Assembly: GCA_951406725.2 (NCBI GenBank)
Contig: OX597816.1
Location: forward strand, 58,032,001 to 58,096,000
Direction: 5' to 3'
DNA length: 64,000 nt
From: Octopus vulgaris
Taxonomy: Eukaryota
Both the position numbers and the translations under genes were made by a program. Position 1 is the stretch's first letter, and every line of letters begins with the position of its first letter. Positions 10,864-23,005 of this stretch are shown piece by piece. Below the pieces are notes generated by a model. It saw nothing but the letters and a program-made list of their open reading frames with translations. It had not been told where the DNA came from and made no database searches.

Positions 10864-12459
10864 TTAATGTGAAGGCTGGTGATTCTTTGAAACAGATAGA
10901 GAGTCAATGTCTGGCTTGATGTACAAGGAGGCCAGGAGGAGAATGTCTTGAAGATGAGCGTCTTTATGCTGCGCTCTTGTCTTGTTCTTCATCAGCTTCA
11001 TGTGGCTGAACAAATGCTTGAAAGAGTATGTGGACCTGAACAATGAAGCTAAGCACAGGGCCTCCCAAACAAGAGCCGCGAAAGCATGGGAGGCTGAGAG
11101 CAAGTGCCAGAACTCCATGGGTGACACAAGTGCAAACTTTGAGCGGTGGTTCTCAGAGCACTGGAGCTCAATGAATTCCAGCTGAAGGTCATTGACCACT
11201 TCCACAGAATCCACATCAAAGGGAGCGGAGAATAGCTTCAGCTCCTTCTCACAGGTGCATATATCTTTGAAGCGCAACTTGAACTTGCCTTGCAGCTCAG
11301 ACTGGGCAGTGGCGTAGCAACAGCAGACAGTGGGGGGTTGGGCGCAGCTCAGCCAAGCAGGTGAAATGAGTTAATTTTCTCAGGTTGAACTGATGCTCCC
11401 ACAGGCAAAGTTTGCATTCGAATGGCTTCACGTGGGTGAGGACGTCTTTACACTGCAGCTGGATGTTCAGCTTGTTTAGATGTCCAGTAATGTCCACCAG
11501 GAACCCGAGGTCACACAAACTGAGGGACAGGATTGCCCTTCACTTGAAGGAAAGATGCCAGCTCATCCCTCAGGTTGAAGACTCTGCAACATCTTTCCTC
11601 GGCTGAGCCAACGGACCTCACAGAAGTAGATCAGGTCACTGAACCCTGCCTCAGCATCATCCAAGAGAGTGCAGAACTGTCTGTGGTTGAGAGCACAGGT
11701 GCAAACAAAGTTCACAGCGCTGATGAAGACAGTCATGATCTCTGTAATGGTCATGACCTTGGCACACAGAGCCTCCTGGTGTACCAGACAGTGAAAGCGC
11801 TTCACAGCCTGTTGATGTCCAAAGCTGCGCATATACTTCACAAGAAGCACCACAAAGACCTTCTTGTCCCTGATCATGGTGGGTGCTTCGTCAGTCATGA
11901 TGCCGCACATGTGAGAAAGGTCCAAGTTGGACTTCTTCAGTCAGTCTGTGACTGCCTTGCACACATTGGTGCCAGTGGTGGTACCGCTGAGAGGGATGAG
12001 TCTGATGAACTCCTCAAAGATGACGAAGCCATCCCTGCTGCCGCAGAAGAAGATGCCAAGCTGAGCCATGTCCTTGAGGTCAGTCGACTTGTCCAAGGCG
12101 ATAGAGGAGAAGCAAGTGGACTGACACATATCCTTCAGGGTGCACCGGACATCGGCAGCTATCTCCTCTTTGCGGCGGGTCAAGGCCCTGGCCTCAAACT
12201 CACTCGAATTGTCAAGACACATGTCCTTAACCACAGCCATCATGCACACCTAGAAGAATTAGTCATCGGTAAACGGCTTGAGGTTGGTGGCCACAAGGTG
12301 TGCAACATTGTTCTGGCTGGAAAGAAGGTGGCTGCTGATTGGCTCTGTTAAATCTGCCGTTGGTTCAAAAATCCCCACCGGGTGGCGGGAAATATCTCGC
12401 AGGCCTCACCTAATGAAAATCCGGACAAGGCGCCACGGGCCGCAGGTTGCTGACGCCTG
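10864..12459 (-). mobile_element. hAT (Charlie/Buster, GTF2IRD2-like) transposon with frameshifted transposase
   Basis: Fragments FSSIALDKSTD..DMAQL, FHCLVHQEALC, EVRWLSRGKML, DLGFLVDITGHLNKLN, LQLEFIELQC, FRSTYSFKHLFSHMK. One hAT TIR (caggcgtcagcaacctgcggcccg on minus) ends at 12459. Confidence 0.85.
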
Positions 12460-12960
12460 ATATAAAAGAAATCTTTTTCCAGTAAAGCAAGGACAATGAC
12501 ATTTCCATGTCTACTTGAAAATAATCGACAACCATTGAAATCTGTGAAACAGTGAAGTGGTTCTAAACTTATAAAAGGCAGTGAGTAGTGGTGACAGTGA
12601 CCATACAGATTGCTTTTATAATGAATCGGGAATGAATGGATGGTAGTAGATTTGGTAAAATACCCAATGACTAAAATACACAAGACAACTTGGGAACATG
12701 TACTAAGTCAATCGTTCTGCTAAACATAGCAACCAAATTTCCTTCGAATCACACATTGTGGTATCATAAAATAGAGGACGACACATTGGATAATGTGGTC
12801 TTGCTCTTCATTGTTTTAATATCCACTTTTCCACACTTGCATGAGTTGGAAGGATTTGCTGAGGTAAATTTACTAAAACTTGATGCTCTTCCTGTTGCTG
12901 ACCCTCGTCTATTTCCAACCAAAATAATATTCTTCCATGGCCAGACATCTTTTCACAGAG

Positions 12961-14595
12961 TCATCATCATCATCATCATCATTTAACGTCCGCTTTCCAT
13001 GCTAGCATGGGTTGGACGGTTCAACTGGGGTCTGGGGAGCCCGAAAGCTGCACCAGTCCAGTCAGATCTGGCAGTGTTTCTACAGCTGGATGCCCTTCCT
13101 AACGCCAACCACTCTGAGAGTGTAGTGGGTGATTTTATGTGCCACCGACACAGGTGCCAGACGAGGCTGGCAAACGGCCACGCTCGGATGGTGTTTTTTA
13201 TGTGCCACCGACACAGGTGCCAGACGAGGCTGGCAGACGGCCACGCTCGGATGGTGTTTTTATGTGCCACCGACACAGGTGCCAGATGAGGCTGGCAAAC
13301 GGCCACGATCGGATGGTGCTTGTTACGTGCCCACAGCACGGAGGCCAGTCGATGCGGTACTGGCTACGGCCACGTTCGGATGGTTTTCTTGTGTGCCACG
13401 TGCCACCGGCACTGGTACCACAAAGATACAAATTCCATTGATGTTCATCTATTTTGATTTGTTTTGATTTTCACTTGCCTCAACAGGTCTTCACAAGTGT
13501 CACAAGAAGGAAGGTATGCACAGGTGGACTGACTACGTCCCAGGTAGGGGCCATGGGTTATGGCCTGACTAGTCTTGCCGGGTCTTCGGATGGTGTTTTT
13601 ATGTGCCACCGACACAGGTGCTAGATGAGGCTAGCGAACGGCCACGATCGGATGGTGTTTGTCATGTGCCCACAGCACGGAGGCCAGTCGATGCGGTACT
13701 GGCTACGGCCACTTTCGGATGGTTTTCTCTTGTGTGCCACCGGCACTGGTACCACAAAGATACAAATTCCATTGATGTTTATCTATTTTGATTTGTTTTG
13801 ATTTGATTTTGATTTTGATTTTCACTTGCCTCAACAGGTCTTCACAAGTATCACAAGGAGGAAGGTATGCACAGGTGGACTGACTACGTCCCAGGTAGGG
13901 GCCATGGTTTATGGCCTGACTAGTCTTGCCGGGTCTTCGGATGGTGTTTTTATGTGCCACCGACACAGGTGCTAGATGAGGCTGGCGAACGGCCACGATT
14001 GGATGGTGTTTGTTATGTGCCCACAGCACGATGGCCAGTGATGCGGTACTGACTACGGCCATGTTCGGATGGATTCTTGTGTGCCACCGGCACTGGTACC
14101 ACAAGCGGTACTGACTACTTTTATGTGCCACCGACACAGGTGCTAGATGAGGCTGGCGAACGGCCACGACCGGATGGTGTTTGTTATGTGCCCACAGCAC
14201 GATGGCCAGTGATGCGGTACTGACTACGGCCACGTTCGGATGGATTCTTGTGTGCCACCGGCACTGGTACCACAAGCGGTACTGACTATGGCCACGTTCG
14301 GATGGATTCTTGTGTGCCACCGGCACTACTCTTTATGTGCCACCGACACAGGTGCTAGATGAGGCTGGCGAACGGCCACGACCGGATGGTGTTTGTTATG
14401 TGCCCACAGCACGATGGCCAGTGATGCGGTACTGACTACGGCCACGTTCGGATGGATTCTTGTGTGCCACCGGCACTGGTACCACAAGCGGTACTGACTA
14501 CGGCCACGTTCGGATGGATTCTTGTGTGCCACCAGCACTGGTACCACAAAGATACAAATTCCATTGATGTTCATCTATTTTGATTTGTTTTGATG
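12961..14595 (-). repeat. Tandemly re-amplified RTE 3' UTR array
   Basis: (CAT)n tail at 12961, then nested units of about 62, 350 and 210 bp matching 161-920. Confidence 0.85.
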
Positions 14596-15890
14596 ACACC
14601 GCTTGTATGATTTGCAACAATCATGTCAAGACAAGAAGATCTAAACATACACACACACACACATTATATATATTTTAGTTTCTGTTGACCAAATCCTCTC
14701 ACAAAGTTTTGGTTGGTCTAGAACTATAGTAGAAGATATATGCCCAAGGTGGAATTGAACCCCAAACCAATGTGGTTAGGAAGCAAACTTTGTAACCAAA
14801 GAGCCATGCTTGCACTTACTAGCCACACTTTCAACCGTAAGTTTGAATAACAGATTGGATGACTGCAAGAGAACGGTCTGCGGTAGTAGAGCTGACTTGC
14901 ATATCAACAACTACTTGATCATCTGGAAACCTACTTTAAATCATAGAAGCCATCTTAAAAAGAGGAAAAAACCCATTTGTTATACTTTTAACAGAAACCC
15001 AACTAAGATCACATCCTGGTTTTATCAACGCCAAACCTCCCGTTGCAAAGTAATTGAGAATAAAATTTCCTTCAAAATTCCATGTTAATTCATGTCTGAA
15101 ACACCAGTTTGATACCAACAGAGATGTTTTACTAAATTCTTCATTTAAAAAATAATTCATTGAAACAAAGCCAGTGTATTTCAGCAACAACAACAGCAAA
15201 CAGAAGTAGAGAAACCATAATGATTGAGCATTCATGTTCCATATTGCCATGGGTTGGATCATTTGGCAGGATCCATGAGTTCTAAGGACTGCACCATGAT
15301 CCATGGTCCGTTTTGGCATGATTTCTGTGGCTGGGTGCCTTTCCTAATTCCACCAGTAATTATGAGGTTATCATGTAACTTGCCAAATTATGAACCCTGA
15401 AGTAAGGGAGGATGGTTTTATGCTTGGAGATGAAGGGTTAAACTATGGAAGAAGGGGCCAGAGCAGAACAGATGTCTTGCTGTAGAGGAGCTACAGGGCT
15501 CATTTCAGAAGAGTGGGAGCAACTGAGGTAGAGCTGGAAAGGGATAAAATGTGGTGATGGGTTATTAATGGGAGCAGAAGAACTGGAAGTGTGGGTGAGG
15601 CTTGTAAGGGGATACAAGAGAGTGAGAGAAATAATTGTAAAAGAATTGAAAATATAGAAAAACCAGAGGAATAACAATTAATATTTACCTGAGCAAAAGG
15701 AAAATTTACATTCTGATGGTAAGAAATCATCTTACAGGTAGAATTTTGGAGGGTTTCACAAGAACTAGCCATGTTCTTTCTCTTTCGAAATTCTGGAAAA
15801 GAATAATGGCAGAAGATTAATTTTTCATTATCATTTTCCTCCACCACACCCCTGCTTACATAGGTTGGTTGGATCATGAAGCATCTTAGC

Positions 15891-16303
15891 GTTATTCTTC
15901 ATTATTTACATTTGACGGATATTTGCCCTCATCTTGTTTGTTGTTAACACAACATTTTGGCTGATATACCCTCCAACCTTCATCAGGTATTTTGGGGGAA
16001 TTTTCGAACCTGGGTTCTCATTCCTAAGCTATTTTTTAATATTATTATCATTATTATTTGTGCTTGGAGATGTGAGGTTAAACTGTGGAAGAGTGTGATT
16101 CCAGGCAGTGACCTGAATAATAATAATAATAATGATAACAATAACAACAACAACATCGAAAAATACCTTTGGAATGAGAACCCAGGTTCAAAATTGTCCC
16201 ATGATACCTGATGAAGGCTGGAGGGTATATCAGCTGAAACGTTGTGTTAACAACAAACAAGATGAGGACAAATATCCGTCAAATGTAAATAATGAAGAAT
16301 AAC
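15891..16303. mobile_element. PLE-like inverted terminal-repeat remnant with hammerhead-like motif
   Basis: Arms 15891-16036 and about 16158-16303 are reverse complements. CTGATGA..GAAAC at 16208-16240. Confidence 0.65.
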
Positions 16304-17029
16304 TGGAGCCTAGTGCAGCTCTCAGACTTACCAGTCCCTGTCAAACTGTCCAACCCATGCCAGCTGGAAAACAGGTGGTAAATGATGATGATGCATCAAT
16401 AATTAAGTTGAAATACTTGTGATTATTATCTGATGGTTAACCGAAGTAGGATTATGAATCAGACAGATATCTAATGGAATAATCACCAATTAACAAAGAT
16501 TTTAATTGACGTACTACAATCACAGACATATTATCTCCTCTCTGTCTTCATCTGCTACTACAATGGCCTCTGCTCTGCTGAGGTAATTAACTATATAACA
16601 TAGACACAAATACAGGTATATCAAATACCTTACAACATAAATTCTTGCTTTATTAAGATAATCTCTGCCTCTGAGATGTATTATAATTACCAAATGGCAA
16701 TTAAGACCTGATCCATATGAGGAGGGGAAATAATCTCCAGAATCAAGAATTCTCCAAAGTAGACATCTAATTTAAGGAAAAGGACAGGCTTACTGTCAGG
16801 GAATAAGAAGACAATCAAAAATACAAGTTTCTGCCTCAAAAGACATCATCAGTATTAGAATTGCTTGACTTTATATTCAGTAACCAATAACTTCCTTTCT
16901 CAAGTAGAGTTGGTCTTAATTACCATTTGGTCATTGTGGACACATCCTCATGAGGCAGAGAGAATTTTCATAAATCAAGGATTTATAAGTTAAGTTAATT
17001 TTTTGGCTCAAAAAGCAAAAAGTAAGGCC

Positions 17030-17525
17030 ATGTAGGGGGACATGGAGTTATGTACAGGGAGGGTGTTCATGCAAAGAGTTCAGGCCATTTCTGGTCAAGG
17101 GAGACTTTGAACCGAGCGGTCGTCGGCATCTTCACTATCTCGTCCGGCAGCTTATTCCACGGATACGCAACCCGGATGGAGAAAGCCCCTCTCCTTCGAT
17201 TGAGATGAAATCGTCGCAGATAGAGCTTTTTGGAGTGACCCCGCAGCCGACGCTCTGGAGCAAGAGTGAAGAACAGCTCTTTCGAAAGGTTACACTTTCC
17301 GCTTATGATGTTGTGAGCAAGAATGAGATCACCACGGCGGCAGCGTTTTTCTAGAGAATAAAGGTCGAGCGTCTTGAGCCTTTCTTCATAAGACAAATAC
17401 TTGAGACCAAGAACCATGCGGGTAGCCAGCTTCTGGACTCTTTCGAGATGATGTATGTCTTTGAGGAGATAAGGAGAAGAGGCTTGAATCCCGTACTCCA
17501 ATATGGGTCTCACCAGCGTGACAGA
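17030..17525 (-). mobile_element. CR1-clade LINE 3' fragment
   Basis: VRPILEYG...LERVQKLATRMVLGLKYLSYEERLKTLDLYSLEKR.RRGDLI...WNKLP. Confidence 0.9.
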
Positions 17526-18351
17526 GTGGTAGGAAATATGTTGTATAATATTTGATACACCTGTATTGGGTTATTTCTCTCTGGCTATTGGGTTATTTCT
17601 CTCTGCTCAAGTAAATTATATCAGTCTGGTCCAACTGACTGATTGATCTCTAGTCAGACTGCACAATAAATCCTTCAACAAGTTAATGATTGATACTAGA
17701 GTAAGTCATTAGTCATTAATCCACTGAAGGCTACATTCCTAACAACACTTTCCAAAGTCTACTGAAGTAACTAGAATTATTATTTTCTAATTATAGGCTC
17801 AACAACTAATTAACTAGTTACTAATTAACATTTCAAAACTGTTTAATTTTATTTTCCATTACAAAATAATTTACATTATCTTTTAACATAACTGGCGTGG
17901 CTCTGTGGTAAGAAGCTTGCTTACCAACCACATGGTTCTGGGTTCAGTCCCACTGCGTGGCACCTTGGGCAGGTGTCTTCTACCATAGCCTTTGGTTGAC
18001 CAAAGCCTTGTGAGTTGATTTGGTAGATGGAAACCGAAGGAAGTCCATGGGGTGCCTTGCTGAACTCAAGAAGACCTATCCACAACGTGGAGTGGTTGGC
18101 GTTAGGAAGAGCATCCAACTGTAGAAACCGTATCAGAAAAGTCAGTGGCCTCTGGCCTTACCAGCTCCGGTCAAACCGTCCAACCCATGCCACCATGGAA
18201 AAGGACGTTAAATGAAGATGAAAATATGTATGGATGTTTTTGTGTCTATCTCTCAGTACCACTTGACAACCGGTGTTTGTGTGTTCCGTCCCCGTAACTT
18301 AGCGGTTCTGCAAATGAGATCGATAGAATCAGTACTGGTTTTTAAAAAATG

Positions 18352-19042
18352 GGTTAACCTCCAGTGTTTGACTCGAGCAAAAAAAAAAAAAAAATGAAAA
18401 AAAGTGTAATAGGTGTAAAACAACATGTAGTAAACACATGAAAAAAAAATGCGCGTTGGCGAACAGGGGCGGGGGAGAGGACTCGGAAAATTCACATCAG
18501 GAGTGTTCCGAGTCATCTCACCACTTCCCCGTTCGTCGGCGCATTTGTTTTTTTGCTTCACATTATTTTACACCTCGTACACTATTTTTTTCTTTAATTT
18601 TTGTAACGAGTGTGTGTGTGTGTGTGTGTGTGTGTAGGTGGGGTGCGGACTCGGATAACTCACACGAACCAGTAACCCGACTTCGATACACGGCCACCCA
18701 AAAAAAGAAAAAGAAAGTGCAATAGGTGTAAAATAGTCTGTACTAAATGATTATGGAAAAAAAAAAAAGAAGCGCGCCGAGGTGGGGTTGAGGACAGGAC
18801 TCAGAAAATTCACATGTGTAGTAAACGAATATGAGGCAAATAATAATAATAAATTGCGCTGACGAACGGGGAAGTGGTGAGACGACTCGGGACACTCCTG
18901 ATGTGAATTTTCCAAGTCGTCACCCCACTCCCGTTCGCCAGTGCCCCCTTTTTTTTTTTTTCATATTCGTTTACTACATGTTTTACACCTATTACACTTT
19001 TTTTTTCATATTTTTGCTCGGGTCAAACACTGGAGGTTGACC
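18352..19042. mobile_element. MITE with long (about 200 bp) imperfect TIRs, GG...CC termini
   Basis: ggttaacctccagtgtttgactcgagc at the left end, gctcgggtcaaacactggaggttgacc at the right end. The arms give mirror ORFs in the track. The TSD is degenerate. Confidence 0.75.
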
Positions 19043-20889
19043 AAAAATATGTACTAAAATTTCTTGACCGAAAAGAAGGAAAGAATAACAATGATACAAG
19101 GGAAGTAACTCTGTATTCATGGAAATGAGAGAGACTCGGTTATAAGGAAGGGAGTCAAAAAATTGTAGAAATTAATTTCTTTTACTAAAAAAAAAAAAAA
19201 AGTTTGCTATCCTCAGCACCGTCATTTGACCGCCCACTTTACCATGGTTGCATGGGTCAGACGGAATTCGTTGACAGCTTTTCGACGGTCAGATGCATTT
19301 CTTATCACCAACCTTCACCTGTTTCCAAGCAAGGAAATAATCTCCCTATAACCAACCAGATGAGTTTGCTTCCCAACCACATGATTCCGGGTTCAGTCCC
19401 ACAGCGTAGCACCTTGGGCAAGTGCCTTCTACTATAGCCTCGGGCTAACCAAAGCCTTGTGAGTCGATTTAGTAGACGGAAATTGAAGGAAGCCCGTCGG
19501 GCACTTTGCTGTACTCAAGACCCACCCTCAACGTGGAGTGGTTGGCGTTAGGAAGAGCATCCAACCATAGAAACCGTGTCAGAGCAGTCGATGGAGCCTG
19601 GCACAACCCCTGGCCTTACCAGCTCCGGTCAAACCTTCCAACCCATGTCAGCACACAAACACACACCTACAACGGGCTTCTTTTAGATGCACCTACGTAA
19701 TCCATTCACAAGGCTTTGTTCTGCCTGAGGAATATAGCAGACGACATTTGCCAAAGGCGTTCCATTAGGCGTAATTAGTGCAGCAATTGTCTAATGTAAT
19801 CTGCAGCAGCCAGGAGAGTTAAACTTCTTGAAAAAAAAAAGTGTTAGAAAACAGTTATGGCCTGGGTTAACTGCTTTGTTTAAATGGAAAGTGAGTGGCC
19901 TGTTGTATTTGAATAATAGGCGCAGGAGTGGCTGTGTGGTTAATGGCTTGGTTACCAACCACATACTCCCGGGTTGAGTCTCACTGTGTGGTACCTTAGG
20001 CAAGTGTCTTCTACTATAGCCTCAGGCCAACCAAAGCCTTGTGAGTGGATTTGGTAGACGGAAACTGAAAGAAGCCCGTCGTATATATATATATATAAAT
20101 GTATATATATATATATACACACACACAAACAATTGCAGCGTGGAAGGTGTTTGTAAGCCATTTAAGAAACACACAAAAGCCGTTCGATTCACTTCAACAT
20201 TTAAGTTTAACTTGTCTAAATATTTTCGTCGCTATATGATCGCGACCTGTTCACTGACAAAAATCCGTGCTACATCTCCTATATATATATATATATATAT
20301 ATGTGCAGGTTGGAGATGAAGTCTGGAACAAGCCCCCAAAAGCATGCTGCACCTTGCAGAGGAACAGTGACAACTGTTAATTCCAAAAATATTGCTATTT
20401 AAAAAATTCCAAAAATAATGCTATTTTCTAAAAAGAGAATTCTTCGCGCCCATGGTAGTAACAGAAGTTTGACAAAGAGAAAGTGGTGCATTTCATTTAA
20501 GGGCGGCCCACTTAGCTATCCATTTCTACAGAGTCCTCTGCAGGATAAGGATAGAGACCCACTTCAAAGACAAACCTACGCACCAGAGTTTACGACACAG
20601 AACCTGCGGCCCGCGAAGGCATTTTGTGCGACTCGAAAAACCATTTTGCAAAAAAAGCTTGTTTTAATAAATGAATGAAAATTAACATGGTGACCCGCTT
20701 AGGCGGAAGTAAAGAATACGTACACCACCCGTTTTCGGCGTAACCCTAACCACCGGGTGTGCATATTCTTTACTGTCACCCCGGCTTTTACCACAATGAC
20801 ATACTGAAAGCACACAATAGTATTTATTTATTAACTTTTAGAATTATAGTTCCTTATATTAGTTTCCTTTGTGTCTTCATTAAACTTTT

Positions 20890-22200
20890 GGTACTTGTCT
20901 ATTGTCGTGGTCCCGGTTTCGCACACGCGAATTCGCGCGCGCGCGCGAGACGTAGGTACTCGATACTCGAGATCCTACGAGGTGACTTGCGCATGCGCAG
21001 TGCAGAATTCGCGCATGCGCGTTAACCCCCCCCTAAAAAAAAAAGGTGTTGGATTTCACTAAAAATATGTGTGTGTGTGTGTGTGTATATATAACATTTT
21101 CAATTTTACACAAAAAAATTACATAGTCGCTTTCCTCGCGGATTTACAGATAAATGAATTAATTACTATTTTACAGAATAAAATTAATGAATTAATTATA
21201 TAAATTAAATAATTCTTGAAAATTAATTAATATTAATAATATTTTTTGAACAAAGTAAACAATTTATAAAACTTGGTTAATAATTTTTTTTACACAAACG
21301 CGAACGTATATAATTTGTGAAACTTTTTTTTTTTTTACAGACGTATATAATTTGGTAAACTTAATGAATTAATTTCTTCTCATCATCATCATCGTTTAAC
21401 GTCCGTTCTCCATGCCAGCATGGGTTGGACGGTTCGACCGGAGATCTGGGAAGCCAGAAGGCTGCACCAGACTCCAGTCTTATCTGGCAATGTTTCTACA
21501 GCTGGATGCCCTTCCTAACGCCAACCACTCCGAGAGTGTAGTGGGTGCTTTTTACATGCCACCCGCACAGGTGCCAGGAGAGGCTGGCAACGGCCACGGT
21601 CGGATTGGTGCCAGTCGAGGCGGCTCTGGCATCGGCCACGATTCGGATAGTGCTTTTTACGTACCACCAGTCCAGGGGTCCTGGCATTTGCCGGGTGCCA
21701 CACTTGCCCCAACATGTCTTCGCAAGCAAAGGGGGTTGGCGTGGGATGAGGTTCGATATCAACTTCGCTTGCCTCAACAGGTCTTTGTGTATAAATGTAT
21801 AAATTTTTCGCACTAAATTCTTTCCGTAGAATTTATCAAAAAACGCGCAAAATTATTCCGTAGAATTTATCAAATTAAAAAACGCAAAATTAATATATTT
21901 TTTGAAATTGCAAATTATTTAGAATATAAAACAAATGAAGTTAAATTTTAAAAATAAATGTCATATACTTATACTCTGTAAGGTGCTGTGTTCACACTTC
22001 AATTTACTATTTTCTAGAAATGTTGCTTTTCTAATTGAAACAATTTTTCTCAATCTCCATTTAAAAGTCCATAATGCCTCTTGAGCCATATCAAAATGAA
22101 CAACTTTGAATTACGCGGCGAGTATCGAGTACCAACGTCTGGCGCGCGCGCGCGCGAATTCGCGTGTGCGAAACCGGGACCACGACAATAGACAAGTACC
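20890..22200. mobile_element. Merlin-like non-autonomous DNA transposon (nested RTE-tail repeat at about 21380-21790)
   Basis: TIRs of about 80 bp starting GGTACTTGTCTATTGTCGTGGTCCCGG. Perfect 8-bp TSD aaactttt at 20882-20889 and 22201-22208. Superfamily inferred from GG termini plus 8-bp TSD. Confidence 0.8.
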
Positions 22201-22860
22201 AAACTTTTCTATACTACTGTTTTTGTATGTTTCTTGATTGTTCAAATGATTTGGTAAACTTTGCGGTCCGCCTTGATTGATTGAATTCACGATTTGGCCC
22301 TCTGGAAGAAAAAGGTTGTGCACCTCTGGTTTACGTGGACCCTGAACAAGCTAGAAACAGCAGACAATGTCTCTCAAATACGATATGACAATTTTACTTT
22401 TGAACGAGAAAATTAACGACAAAATATAATTAAGTCAAAACTATTGAAAAGGTTGCAAAACGCAACGAAAATTTTAGGAAAATAAAAATAGGGAAAAAGT
22501 GGAAATTTTACCGGTGAGTGTGTTAGATTATAAAGCACAAAAAGAAAATTACTCTCCCCAGACACAACAGAATATGCTTCAACACACGAACTCATATGAA
22601 GAAGAATCTTGCAAACCAAATCCAAAAACGAAATATAATTAATAAAATTATTTGAAAAAAATAAATCATGAAATTAAACTTACGTAGCATACTGTGTAAA
22701 GATGCATCTTTATAACTAAATGCCATTTTAGAAATAAAGGAAAATAAAATAATTTGCTTCTGGCGAGAAAAACTCTCACGCCTTCCCAAATTTCACAATA
22801 TAATCTAACAAGAAAAAAACTACGTTAAAATTTCCCGCACTTTTTAAATAATAACAAGAA

Positions 22861-22904
22861 GTCACGTAACGGAAGTAGAATTATGGGAGCAGGGTGATTC
22901 CAAC
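22861..22904 (+). promoter_or_regulatory. Putative NDUFB9 proximal promoter/5' UTR (gtcacgt and ETS/GABP-type cggaagt motifs)
   Basis: gtcacgtaacggaagt lies about 30-45 bp upstream of caacATG. Confidence 0.4.
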
Positions 22905-23005
22905 ATGTCCTACTTGCAGACTCAAACTTTGTCCCACGCCCAGAAAGTGAGGCGATTGTACAAGAATGGCCTTCGTTTAATGCAATCTATGTACGGAACT
23001 GATAG
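22905..23005 (+). CDS. NDUFB9: NADH dehydrogenase [ubiquinone] 1 beta subcomplex subunit 9 (B22), exon 1 of 4
   Basis: MSYLQTQTLSHAQKVRRLYKNGLRLMQSMYGTD with LYR-type LYK motif, donor ag|gtaaat (phase 2). The four exons join in frame to 432 nt, 143 aa. Confidence 0.93.

Noticed and set aside
11575-12351. 258-aa plus-strand ORF
   Set aside because: Antisense shadow of the hAT transposase.
14820-14922. In-frame TGA (YG*KCG) as selenocysteine
   Set aside because: No recognisable selenoprotein context, no SECIS seen and no consistent exon phase.
14800-22800. TATDN1 as head-to-head partner of NDUFB9, as in human
   Set aside because: I found no TatD-like peptide on the minus strand.
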